A stretch of 64,000 nt of DNA from the human T2T-CHM13v2.0 reference genome, Homo sapiens. The notes beneath the pieces are model-generated. The model was given only the letters and a program-made list of their open reading frames with translations, made no database searches and had not been told where the DNA came from. The stretch lies in the NCBI RefSeq assembly GCF_009914755.1, contig NC_060947.1, one strand, 5' to 3'. This document shows, piece by piece, positions 12,261 through 23,632 of the stretch (the stretch's first letter is position 1; every line of letters starts with the position of its first letter). The translations under genes and the position numbers were made by a program.

Positions 12261-15200
12261 TAGGCACACCTCAGAAATATTGTGGGTTCAGATCCAGACA
12301 CCACAATGAAGTGAATGTTGCAATAAATGAGTCACAATTTTTTGGTTTCCTGGTCCATAAAAAAGTTATGTCCACACTATACTGTAGCCTATTAAGTTTG
12401 CAATTACATGATTTTTTAAAAGTGTACATACCTTAATTTTAAAAATACTTTATTGCTAAAAAATGCTAATGATCATCTGAGCCTTCAGTGAATTGTAACC
12501 TTTTTTGCTGGTGGAGGATCATGCCTTAATGTTGATGGCTGCCTATTAATAAGAGTAATGATTGCCAAGGGTTGAGGTGGCTGTGGTAATTTCTCAAAAT
12601 AAGGCAACAATGTTTTCTTAGTCCATTCTCACACTGCTATACAGATACTAACCGAGACTGGATAATTTGTAAAGGAAAGAGGTTTAATTGACTCACAGTT
12701 CCACATGGCTGGGGAGGCCTCGGGAAACTTACAATCATGGTGGAAGGTGAAGGGGAAGCAAGGACCTTCATCACATGGTGGCAGGAAACAGAAGAGCAAG
12801 CAGGGGAAATGCCAGATGCTGATAAAACCGTCAGATCTCATGAGAACTCACTCATTATCAAGAGAACAGCATGGGGGAAACCACCCCCATGATCCAATCA
12901 CCTCCTGCCCTCCACACATGGGGATTACAGGTCCTTCCCTCAACACACAGGAATTACAATTCAAGATGAGATTTGGGTAGGGACACAGAGCCAAACCATA
13001 TCATTCCACCCCAGCCCCTCCCAAATCTCATGTCTTTTCACATTTCAAAAGCAATCATGCCTTCCCAACAGTCCCCCAAAGCCTTAACTAATTCCAGCAT
13101 TAACCTGAAAGTCCAAGTCCAAAGTCTCATCTGATACAAGGCAGGTCCCTTCCACGTATGAGCCTGTAAAATCAAAAGCAAGTTAGTTACTTCCAAGATA
13201 CAACAGGGGTACAGGCATTGGATAAATGCTTCCATTCCAAATGGCCAAAACAAAGGGGCTACAGGCTCCATGCAAGTGTGAAATCCAGTGAGGCAGCCAT
13301 TAAATCTTAAAGTTTCAAAATGATCTCCTTTGACTCCACGTCTCACATCTGGGGCACACTGATGGAAGGTTGGGCTCCCATGGCCTTGGCCTGCTGCTTT
13401 TCCAGGCACATGCTGCAAGCTGTTGGTGGATCGACCATTTTGGAGTCTGGTGGATGGTGCCCTCTTCTCACTGCTCCATTAGGCAGTGCCCAGTAGGGAC
13501 TCTGTGTGGGGGACCCAACCCCACATTTCCCTTCCGCATTGCCCTAGCAATGGTTCTACATGAGGGTTCCACTCCTGTAGCAAACTTCTGCCTGGACACC
13601 CAGGCATTTCCATGCATCTTCTGAAATCTAGGTGGAGGTTCCCAAACCTCATTTCTTGCCTTCAGTGCACCCACAGGGCCAACACCACATGGAAGCTGCC
13701 AAGGCCTGGGGCTTGCACCCTCTGAAGCAATGGCCCGAGCTGTACCTTGGCCCCTTTTAGCCATGACTGGAGCAGGGGCAGCTGGGAGACAGGAAAATGA
13801 GTCCGGAGGCTGCACAGAGGGGTCCTGGGGCCCGCCCATGAAACCAATTTTTACCTTTTAGCCCTCTGGGCCTGTGATAGGAGGGGCTGCCACAAAGGTC
13901 TCCTAAATGCCCTGGAAAAATTTTCCCCATTGTCTTGGCAATTAACATTTGGCTTCTTATTACTTGTGCAAATTTCTGCAGCCGGCTTGAATTTCTTCCC
14001 AGAAAGTGGGTTTTTCTTTTCTATTGCATCATCAGGCTGCAAATTTTTCAAGCTTTTATGCTCTATCCCATCTTGAACACTTTGCTGCTTAGAAATTTCT
14101 TCAGCCAGATGCCCTAATCGTCTCTCTCAGGTTCAAAGTTTCACAGATCTCTAGCACAGAGGCAAAATGCTGCCAGTTGCTTTGCTAAAGCATAGCAAGA
14201 GTGATCTTTGTTCCAGTTCCCAATAAGTTCCTCATCTCCTTCTGAGACCACCTCAGCCTGGACTTCATTGTTCACATGACTATCAGCATTTTGGTTAAAA
14301 CCATTCGACAAGTCTCTAGGAAGTTCCAAACGTTCCCACATCTTCCTGTCTTCTTCTGAGCTCTCCAAACTGTTCCAACCTCTGCCTGTTACCCAGTTCC
14401 AATGTTGCTTCCACATTTTCAAGTATCTTTATAGCAGTGCCCCAAACTCCTGGTACTAATTTATTGTATTAGTCTTTTCTCACATGGCTGTAAAATACTA
14501 CCTGGGACTGGGTAATTTATAAAGAAAAGAGGTTTAATTGACTCACAGTTCCACATGGCTGGGGAGGCCTCAAGAAACTTATGATCATGGTGGAAGGTGA
14601 AGGGGAAGCAAGGACCTTCTTCAGATGGTGGCAGGAGAGAGAAGAGCACTTAGGGTAAATGTCAGACACTTATAGAACCATCAGGTGTCATGAGAACTCA
14701 CTCACTATCATAAGAACACCATGGGGGCAACTGCCCCCATGATCCAATCACTTTCCTCCCTCAACACTTGGATATTACAATTCAAGATGAGATTTGGGTG
14801 GGGACACAGAGCCAAACCATATTAAATGAAGTCTGCCACATCGATTGACTCTTCCTTTCACAAAATATTCCCTGTAGCATGCCATGCTGTTTGATAACAT
14901 TTTACCCGCAGTAGAACATCTTTCAAAACTACAGTCAATCCTCTTGAAACCTGCACCTGCTTTATCAACTAAGTTTTTGCAATATTTAAAATATTTTGTT
15001 TTCATTTCAACAATGCTCACAGCATTGTCACAAAGAGTAGATTCAATCTCAAGAAACTACTTTATTAGTTCATACATAAGAAACAACTCCTCATCCATTC
15101 AAGTTTTATCATGAGATTACAGCAATTCAGTCACATCTACAAGCACCATTTCTAATTCTAATTCTCTTGCTATTCTACCACATCTGCAGTTACTTCCTCC

Positions 15201-15415
15201 ACTGAAGTCCTGAACCCCTCAAAATCATCCATACGGGTTAGAGTCCATTTCTTCCAAGCTCCTATTATGTTGATATTTTGATATGCACATACTGTTGGAA
15301 AGATGGCACTGAATGACTTGCTTGAATCAAGGTTGACGCAAAGCTTCAATCTGTAAGGAAACACAATAACTGCAAAGTGTAATATATCAGATTGTAATAA
15401 AATAAGGTATGCCTA
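12261..15415. mobile_element. Tigger2-type DNA transposon, split by THE1 and inserted in an old L1M
   Basis: Terminal inverted repeats taggcacacctc / aaggtatgccta flanked by TA. Sequence continues across the THE1 insertion. Confidence 0.8.
12614..14824 (-). mobile_element. THE1 (THE1C/D-like) MaLR provirus: LTRs 12614-13003 and 14465-14824
   Basis: Two similar LTRs ending gagccaaaccatatca / gagccaaaccatatta around a THE1-int region. TSD aatgt / aatga. Confidence 0.9.
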
Positions 15416-16739
15416 TATTGCAAAGATATCCATTCTCCTTAGGTTATTTACAGATATAGTTTTTATCTACAGCTTCCAAGATGACAAACAAGCTAGTGCT
15501 TCTTTCCCATGCCTAAAATTAACCATGGGAAATCTAAAGAAAAAATAAAGAACAATGTCATAAACATCAGTAAAATAACAGAATGAGAACCCCCTGAGAG
15601 ACATTAAGTCTCTGTTGAACCAGTGCTTATATGGCGGCATGCCCTGAAGTGAAAACAAGTCCATAGCCTGCAGTAAGAAACAGATGACAGCATTAGTTGC
15701 AGGAATTATTTTAAAGTTCTGCCTTTGCTTCTTTATGCGTGCCTGGGACAATTATTTTCTACAGCTTCATTTAAAGAATCTGAGGCAACATCTCAGGCGC
15801 CACATGCTGGAATCATGGGGTAATAACCATTAGAACAACACAAACAATTGAGTTTGTTAAAGCAATATGAGTTCAGACATTGTAGTAATAACCACCTAAA
15901 ACCTCTATAGCGAATGAGGGCTGACTTTTTAAATGATCACTGTAATAGAATATGAAACATATACTAAAATAGAAGGGTCACAGTGAAGCACATGTAATAA
16001 GAACATTAATATACTCCTGAAATATTTGATGATGCTGATGTCAGCCAAAAGAAAGCACAGACCAACTGCCATGATAAGGAGTCCCCTTATTTTCTCCTTG
16101 TTGATTTTTGAAGGCTATGGTTGGGAGAAGGGGATGAATTCATATCAGAAAAGGGAAAAATCACAAGGCCTGACAGCAGTCAGTGGGTGGACCTTAATTG
16201 ACTGCTGAAAGGCTGCACATTTCAGAAGAGAGGAGGGCTCAGCATGTCTCCTCCTTTCCCTAACTCCACAGCATAACTAACTGGCTGCAGCTAGGTCTAG
16301 GAGGCCCCAGACAGTAGTGGCCAGGTGAATTGCACATGAGGAGTCTCAGGAAGTTGAAGTCTAGTCTGAGAGGGTGTCCTCAAGTCAGTAGAGGGAAGGA
16401 ACATGGCGCAAGAATGAAGCCACGACACTGAATGAGAGCTGAGGGCAAAGTCCATTCTGGGAGAGGGGGTTCCACAGAGCCCCACCCCTACTGTCAGTCT
16501 TGGAAGGTCCTGGCATGGCTTCCCAGCTCCTACTACTTCCCAGCTCAGTACTTCCTACTCAGGACTCTCAGGGAATAAGATCCTCCGTCTCCTGTTGACT
16601 GACTCAGCTCAGCAGACAGAGAAGTCCAAGGGTCCACAAAGAGCCCCTGAAAGAATTTTATGTGAGCTTTTCGGCGGCCACCCAGTCCACAGAACACATG
16701 GAGAGTGACAGAGCCCCACCCCTGCTGTTATGTTGGGAA

Positions 16740-16870
16740 GGCCAGGTGGGCATGGCCGGAAGTAGTTCCTCCTGACTTCCGCGTAGAAAAGCGTCCACAC
16801 CGGAGGCCTTGGTCTGAAAAGTGCTGCGTCAGGTGAGCGGAAGAGGGCATCCCAGATCTTCTCAGGTATC
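16740..16870 (+). promoter_or_regulatory. Putative MAGEB6B promoter/first exon: inverted ETS pair and splice donors
   Basis: CCGGAAGT 16756-16763 and ACTTCCGC 16775-16782, local CpGs. Donors CAG|GTGAGC (16832/16833) and CAG|GTATCT (16865/16866). Paralogous to 49710-49845. Confidence 0.55.
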
Positions 16871-17913
16871 TTATGGGTATCTTGACCTAGAACTCGGGGG
16901 ACATTCCCCAACAACTGCAACCCCCTACCTCCTAAAATAGGCAGCTCCAGAGAGCCCTGCCCCATCCTGCCCCTAAGATGGTAACTGAGGAGTCCCCAAG
17001 CATGGCCGTTAGGCCCAAAGTCCGTTCACTTTTTCTGTGGGGTTGAAGAGCATGAAGTCCTCGGTCCAAGGCTGGTGGACTCAGGTCAGTAGACAGAGAA
17101 ATCTCAGGCACTACATAGCTAAAAAGAAGACTCTGCTTAAGACTGAGGGGACTCCATGCCCATGCCGCAGCACGGGTTGCACCAAACTACGCCCCTGATG
17201 TCAGCCTGGGGGTCCGGGCAGGTCTCTAGAGAGAGGTGTGTTCTCACTTTGTCCCCGTGAGAGTCAGAGAGGTAGGTCCCTGGTTGTAAGAAGATGGCAG
17301 CAGGTCAGCGAGGGTGATTTCCAAGTGGTGGGAAGAGTCAGGGTGAGGAGTCTGATTACCGTGGGGGTCATTCTCAATATAACAGCAAGTGCATTCAAAT
17401 GCCTCCGCTGCTGTCAGCCCTAGGCGGTCTGGGTGTCCCCGGAAAGAAGTGCTGGGCAGGAGCGCTTCTTTATTTCCTCCTCATTGGTACTGTAAAAATT
17501 CCTAGTGTCAATTTCAGAGCGGCAGAGGGGAATGGGCCTCTGGGACTTGACAACAATTTTTATGATGATCCAGAATAAAAACGGAGAGGACCCCACCTCT
17601 GAACAAAGGGGCCCCCACTGCCAGTCCCTGCTATCACCTCAGTAAGCCCCAAAATGGGCTGTCATGCTATAGTCTAACACTGACTCTTAACTTCCTCCTA
17701 AGTTCGAAGGAGACAAACAGACCAAGCGAACAGGAGTCCTGCGAGTTCCTGGAGCAATTGCTTAATGAAACCTCCAGAAGGGCCCCTGGTTAAAGCCAAG
17801 ATGGTTGCTCTCTGCTGAAGGTGTTGACATGATGTCACTCTCTCCCGTCCAGGTGCCAGCCTTGCCAACCTTTATGCCCACACTCCTACCTGCTGTCATA
17901 GGCCACAGCCACC

Positions 17914-19137
17914 ATGCCTCGGGGTCAGAAGAGTAAGCTCCGTGCCCGTGGGAAACGCCGAGAGACCCATGATCAGCCGCAAGGTCTCACAGGTCCCCAG
18001 GCCACTGCAGAGAAACAAGAAGAGTCTCGCTCTTCGTCATCCTCTTCTGCTGTTTGTCAGGGTGCTCGTCGTAGGTCTTCTGGTTCCTCCGTTCCTCAGG
18101 AGTCTCAGGGAGCTTCACCCACTGGCTATCCTGATGCAGGTGCTTCATGCTCAAAATATGATGTGGCTGCCATGGGTCAAGATGAGAAAAGTCCTAGTAC
18201 CTCCCGTGATGCCTCCGTTTCTCAAGAGTCTCAGGGAGCTTCACCCATTGGCCCTCCTGATGCAGGTATTTCATGCTCAAAATCTGATGAGGCTGCCAAG
18301 GGTCAAAATGAGAAAAGTCCAAGCACCTCCCGTGATGCCTCTGTTCCTCAGGAGTCTCAGGGAGCTTCACCCACTGGCTCGCCTGATGCAGATGTTTCAG
18401 GCTCAAAATCTGATGTGGCTGCCAAGGGTCAAGATGAGGAAAGTTTAAGCTCCTCCAAGAGAGCTGCGTTCTTTACAACCACAGACGGAGATCCTATAAA
18501 AAGGAAGGCAAACAAGATGGTGCAATTCCTGCAGAAGAAGTTTGAGAAGAAAGAGCCCATTTTGAAGGCAGACATGCTGAAGCGTCTCCGCAGACAGTAC
18601 AAGCCATGCTTCCCTGAGATCCTCAAGAGAACCTCCGAACATTTGACGGTGTTCTTTGGCGTTGAATTGAAAGAAACGGATTCCAGCGGCGAGTCCTACA
18701 CCCTTGTCAGCAAGCTGGGTCTCTCCAGTGAAGGAAGTCTGAGTGGTGATAATGCGCTGCCGAAGTCGGGTCTCCTGATGTCGATCCTGGGTTTGATCTT
18801 CATGAGAGGCAACCGTGCCACTGAAGAGGAGGTCTGGAAGTTCCTGGGTCTGTTGGGGATATATGATGGGATCCTGCATTCAATCTATGGGGATGCTCGG
18901 AAGATCATTACTGAAGATTTGGTGCAAGATAAGTACGTGGTTTACCGGCAGGTGTGCAACAGTGATCCTCCATGCTATGAGTTCCTGTGGGGTCCACGAG
19001 CCTATGCTGAAACCACCAAGATGAGAGTCCTGCGTGTTTTGGCCGAGATCAATAACACCAGTCCCGGTTTATACCCACATCTGTATGAAGACGCTTTGAC
19101 AGATGAGGTAGAGAGAGCATTGAGACTGAGAGCTTAA
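17914..19137 (+). CDS. MAGEB6B: Melanoma-associated antigen B6B (MAGEB6 paralog), 407 aa
   Basis: MPRGQKSK N-terminus, complete MAGE homology domain (FGVELKE, GLLM, YEFLWGPRAYAET). Kozak gccaccATG. Splice acceptor ccag| at 17852. Colinear with MAGEB6. Confidence 0.9.
   Translation: MPRGQKSKLRARGKRRETHDQPQGLTGPQATAEKQEESRSSSSSSAVCQGARRRSSGSSVPQESQGASPTGYPDAGASCSKYDVAAMGQDEKSPSTSRDASVSQESQGASPIGPPDAGISCSKSDEAAKGQNEKSPSTSRDASVPQESQGASPTGSPDADVSGSKSDVAAKGQDEESLSSSKRAAFFTTTDGDPIKRKANKMVQFLQKKFEKKEPILKADMLKRLRRQYKPCFPEILKRTSEHLTVFFGVELKETDSSGESYTLVSKLGLSSEGSLSGDNALPKSGLLMSILGLIFMRGNRATEEEVWKFLGLLGIYDGILHSIYGDARKIITEDLVQDKYVVYRQVCNSDPPCYEFLWGPRAYAETTKMRVLRVLAEINNTSPGLYPHLYEDALTDEVERALRLRA
18088..18445 (+). 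repeat. Coding tandem repeat, ~3 x 126 bp (42 aa)
   Basis: Units start at 18088, 18214 and 18340 (SV[P/S]QESQGASP...DEKSPSTSRDA). Confidence 0.93.
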
Positions 19138-19696
19138 GGCAGGGCTGGCACTGTTCCCTTGGCCAGGGCACCTTATGGGGCCATATCCTACAGATCCTCC
19201 CATTTCTAGGGAGGTCTGAAGTAGAATTTTCGCTTTATGTTAGAAGAGAGTAGTGAGCCTTCTAAGTAGTGCAGTATAGTAGAGGCTGGAGGGAACAAGA
19301 TATGTATTTCTTTTGTCTTGTTATACATGAGTAACTTGTAGATTTATGTTTTACCTCCTTGTCAATTTTCAACATTGTTCCTGTTAAGTGAAGGTTTATT
19401 TTGCTTCAGATTATACATTTATCAATAACATAGCTCTCACATTCATGGCCGTTTAATCAATTTGAAAGTTACGGTTTGGGTATTAGTAAAACAAAATCAT
19501 ACACCATTCATATTTTCTTTATAATTCAGAACTAGATAACATGATAATAGAGAAGGGACTTTGATATGAATCTTAAAGAACTCCACAGTAAAATAGTTGA
19601 CATCATAATATGAAGAGAAAGAAAAGGAAAAACAGAAATGTAAAAATTGTTTAATTCTTGGTTTGCCTAATTCGTTTTCCTATTTCTTTTCATATA

Positions 19697-19702
19697 AATA
19701 AA
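19697..19702 (+). terminator. Polyadenylation signal AATAAA (MAGEB6B)
   Basis: Followed by a GT/T-rich tract; conserved in the paralog at 52933. Confidence 0.65.
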
Positions 19703-20749
19703 GGATACCTGGATTTATTTAGGTTATTAAGACTGCCGTTAGTTTGTTTTGTTCTAGTGCACTTCATATTCCATGTTATCTACTGCATCAAAAAACCCCT
19801 CTGATTGGAGGGTGGTATTTTCTGGGTTTAAAATAATCACATGAAATGCAGTGATCAATATAAGCCAGAATGAGTTCACTAAAAACCTTTTTGAAACAAG
19901 GCTGCTAAATTCAAAGAACTTCCATAGGCTTAAACTGTCTCAAATATTTTCAAGATGTGGTAATTTTGTTTCTTAATATATAGTTAGGAAAATTAAAAAT
20001 TAATAATTTGTGTAAAAACATATATTATGGTAACTGTCATTTATGAAAGACTCAGTATTTCCTACTTAGTATGCCATATGTTTTATGGACAGTACTTATA
20101 CCCCAAAATTCCTACAAGATAGGGTTTAGCAGACTCACTTCAAAATGAAGAAATTGCAAATTTCTAAAAGCTCACAAGCTTGTAATTGACAGAGCTGGGA
20201 TTAGATCTCTGGTCTGGATTCATCTAGAGCCCATATTTTTCCAATCCTCTCAGCCTGAGCCAGACTTTGTGTCTTTTAATCCACTTTTCCTCTCACTGCC
20301 CAAAATGCTTACCAGAGCATTAAAAGGACACTGTACCCAAAGCACTTCTTTGGATTCTACAACTAGAGTAATCATAATGCTGAAAAAATGAGTAGTATGA
20401 ATTATGAAAAGAAAAAAATAATACACAGTGACAATATGATCATCTACATATGCAACATTAGATAACCCAATAAGATCAGGAGCTCCCAAAATCATCCTGC
20501 TCTGCCCTTTCCCCATAGAAATTAAATCTCCTCAAAGCAAAGTACATAATAGGCTAAGTCTGGCTGGTGAAGCAAAGGAATAGATCAGGGTGCTTTTTTC
20601 ACTGACAGCCCACCACCTGTCCTGGGCCTCCTGCCTTGTGGTACAGCTTCCCTATCTCATACAGAACCTGGGACAGTGAGCCATTGTCTGCAAGGTTTGC
20701 AGTAGGGAACCTGCTCAAGTGTTTGCAGGTGTATGGCATTTCCCAGCAG

Positions 20750-23345
20750 TGTTAAAGAGTAAGGAGGCATGATGAGAACCCCCATAAATGAAGATTCTGG
20801 AGATCACTGCCTCAGAATATCGGGGTCACAGAAAGACCAGGCCCTGCCTACTCTCAGATCTAGAAGGCCCAAGCTATAGCAGTAAGCTAAAATTTCTCTA
20901 TTTACTCAAGGTTCTCAGGTACATAAGAGTCCTGGTCTAAGGGTGGTGTGCTCTGGTTATTGGGAGGAGGATCTCAGCCTCTGAAAATGATCAAGATGAG
21001 GACTCTGAATGAGAAATGAGGAATTATCCACCCAGAACAGCAGGGGCTCTTAAAGCTATATCTTGCTTTCTGCCTTGGGTGGCCATAGGCAGGGCTATCT
21101 GGTTGAGGTTTCCCCTCATTTTCTTTAGGGCTTCTACTGGTGCCCCAGGGAGATAAAGGCTTTGATCTCATGGCAGTAGCTCCGATTCTGCCCACGAAGG
21201 AGGTCCTCTCAAGCCTGGATTGGATTTAAGGTGAGGACACTGGGGTAGCCAAGGAGAAGCACCCTGACTTCCCCCTCTGGTTTCTCAGTAAAGGAAAAGC
21301 TTTGGCTTCAGGCTGGCAGACTCAGATTAGCAGAGGAAGGAGTTCCACATCCCCAAATCAATGTTAGAAACCTGAGTGAGAACTGAGGGAGCCACTGACT
21401 CCAAAACAGTGGAATCTTGTAGGATTCTGACCCTGCTATTATTCTTCAGAGGATCCTCAATAACTGTGGCCAGATGTGCCTGTTCCTCACTTCCAACTGG
21501 GAGATTCCAGGAAGATATGGCCTTGGTCTGAGGAGTGAGGCCTTGAGTCAGTGGAGGGTAGAGTTTCAGATTTCATTAGGTAGGAGTCAAGGTAAAGATG
21601 CTGAGGGAGGATAGAGGAGACCACTCACCACAGAACAGTGGGAATGCACAGTGTCCTGACCCTAATGTCAGCCCTAGGAGGCCCAGGGCAGAACTCTCAG
21701 GCTGAAGTGCCCCCTCAGTTCCTCTGGGAGTGGTCTCAAGGAAGTGAGAGTCTTAGTCTAATGGGAGCAACCCTAGTCAGCAGAGGATGTTTAATAGGAG
21801 TCACACTGCTGACCCTAAACAGGGATGACGGTACTCCTCCCAGAACAGGTGGAGCCACACGAAGCCCTGCCATTGATGTCTCTCCCTGGCAAACCCAGGA
21901 ATTCTGAGATGATGAGTCCCACTCATTTCCTTTCAAGGCATCTCAAGGAGGTAAGGCATCTGGTGTAAGGGGTCAGCCTGAGATTACCACAGGGATAAAT
22001 TCCAGGTCATGCAAACAGTCAAGCTGAGGACCATGAAGATGGAAGGAACCACTCAAATCATAACAGTACAGACAACGCAGAATCCCTTAGGTACTGTCAG
22101 CTGTAGGTGATCATAAGGCTTTCGTGCTCAGATGAGGAAACTCTTACATCCTTCTTGGTAGTATTAGGGAATTAAAGGCTGTACATAAGCAGACAGGCCT
22201 CTAGGTCTTGGGAATGTTCATTGTGAGGACCCTGAGCAAGGACTGAGGGGAGCAACCAACCTAGAAGAGACAGGAACCCACATAGCCCCACCCATTTCAG
22301 CCCTCGAAATCCCCAGCACGAATAACCCGAATATGTCAGCCACTCACTCCTCTCCCTGGAGGACTCATGTCACTAGAGGGAGGAGTCAGAGATCCTGGCT
22401 GAGAAGTCAAGGAGTCACAAACCCCTGAACAGTTGGGTCCCATAGAGTCTTTCTCCTGCTATTAGTTCTCAGAATCCCCTAATAGCTCCAGCGAGGTCAC
22501 TTTGACTTCCACGTCTGGGGACTCCAGGTGGTGAGGAACTTGGTCTGAGGCTGGCCATCTCATCATAGAGAACATTACCAGGTCGAGCCAGGAGTCAGGG
22601 CAAGGACAATGAGGAAGGAGCAGAACATGAAACCTCCTATAACAATGGAGGCAGCACATAATCTCTCCCCTACTGTTAGGCCTGGCAGATTCAGGGATAA
22701 ATGTCAGGCAGAGCAGAGGCACCCCTCAATTCCCCCTCAGGGTGACAGAGAAATGAGGGCCTTATTCTGAGGGGGATGGTATCAGGCCACGAAAGGGAGA
22801 AATTGTGGGCACTGTCACGAGTCAAAATGAAGAATCTGAGCGAGGACTGGTGAGGCCAACCCTCATGAGGCCCAAAAGCGCCTGCCACAGCTTTCTGCCT
22901 TGGGAGACTCCAGGCAGGTATGGCCAAATAAGGCTGCCCTCCCTTCCCTCTACTAGGTCTCAGAGAGTTCTGGGCCTTGCTATGAGGAGATGCCTTCAAG
23001 TCAAAGAACAGAGGAGCTGCAGGTCCTTCTAGGAGTCAAATTGAGGACCCTTGGTGAAGACTAAGATGATCATACTCCTTCCCCCAATAGAAGGGGCAAC
23101 ATAATGTCCAACCCCCACCCTGGCTTTCAGCATTTGAAAACCCATAGCAGGACTGTCAGGGAGAGGCTTCGCCAATGTTTTACATTGGGTCTAAGGGAGA
23201 TGAGCTCCTTAGTAAGAAAGTGAAGCCACGATAGAACAGAAGAGGGGGTCCCAGGCCCTACACGGAGTCAATATGAGAACTCTGAATAAGGACTGAGGGT
23301 CAGTGATCCCAAGACAGAAAGGATCCCCCAAAGTTGTCACCCCTG
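20750..23345 (+). repeat. Degenerate ~200-230-bp array of MAGE 5'-region units
   Basis: Recurring ggccttggtctgagg ... gagtcaa(g)gtgaggac-ctgag ... gactgaggg ... tgtcagccct motifs. Confidence 0.6.
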
Positions 23346-23349
23346 TTCA

Positions 23350-23632
23350 AGTGGGAAGTCAGGAAACAACTGATGACCCAGCTTGAATGAAGTAATGAGG
23401 GAGAAATTTTCTCATATTCAAGGAAAAGTTATTGTTTTTGTCATTCAGGCCTTCAACTGATTGAATGAGGCCCATACATATTGGGGAAGGAAATATGCTT
23501 TACCCAGTCTACTGATTCAAATGTTAATTTCATCCAAAAATAGCCCTACAGAAACACCCAGAATAATGTGTTTGAGTAAATATTTGGGCACTCCATGGCT
23601 CAGGCAAGTTGACATGTAAAATTAACCATCAC
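23350..23632 (-). mobile_element. MLT2 (ERVL) LTR fragment at the duplication boundary
   Basis: Ends aagttgacatgtaaaattaaccatcaca, the reverse complement of the MLT2 start. Confidence 0.75.

Larger units (their letters stand above)
15416..23345 (+). repeat. Segmental duplication, copy 1 (paralogous to ~48348-56606)
   Basis: Colinear direct homology with offset ~33.2 kb. Low identity upstream, near identity downstream. Ends at gttgtcacccctg. Confidence 0.92.

Noticed and set aside
17942-18448. 168-aa alternative-frame ORF in MAGEB6B (and 51192-51692 in MAGEB6; antisense 51231-51701)
   Set aside because: Non-ATG start for the + strand ORFs. Length is explained by triplication of a 126-bp unit that has no stop in that frame.
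20250-23032. Small ORFs conserved between the two duplicons (88, 89, 86, 102 aa)
   Set aside because: Conservation simply follows near-identical DNA; no recognisable domains.
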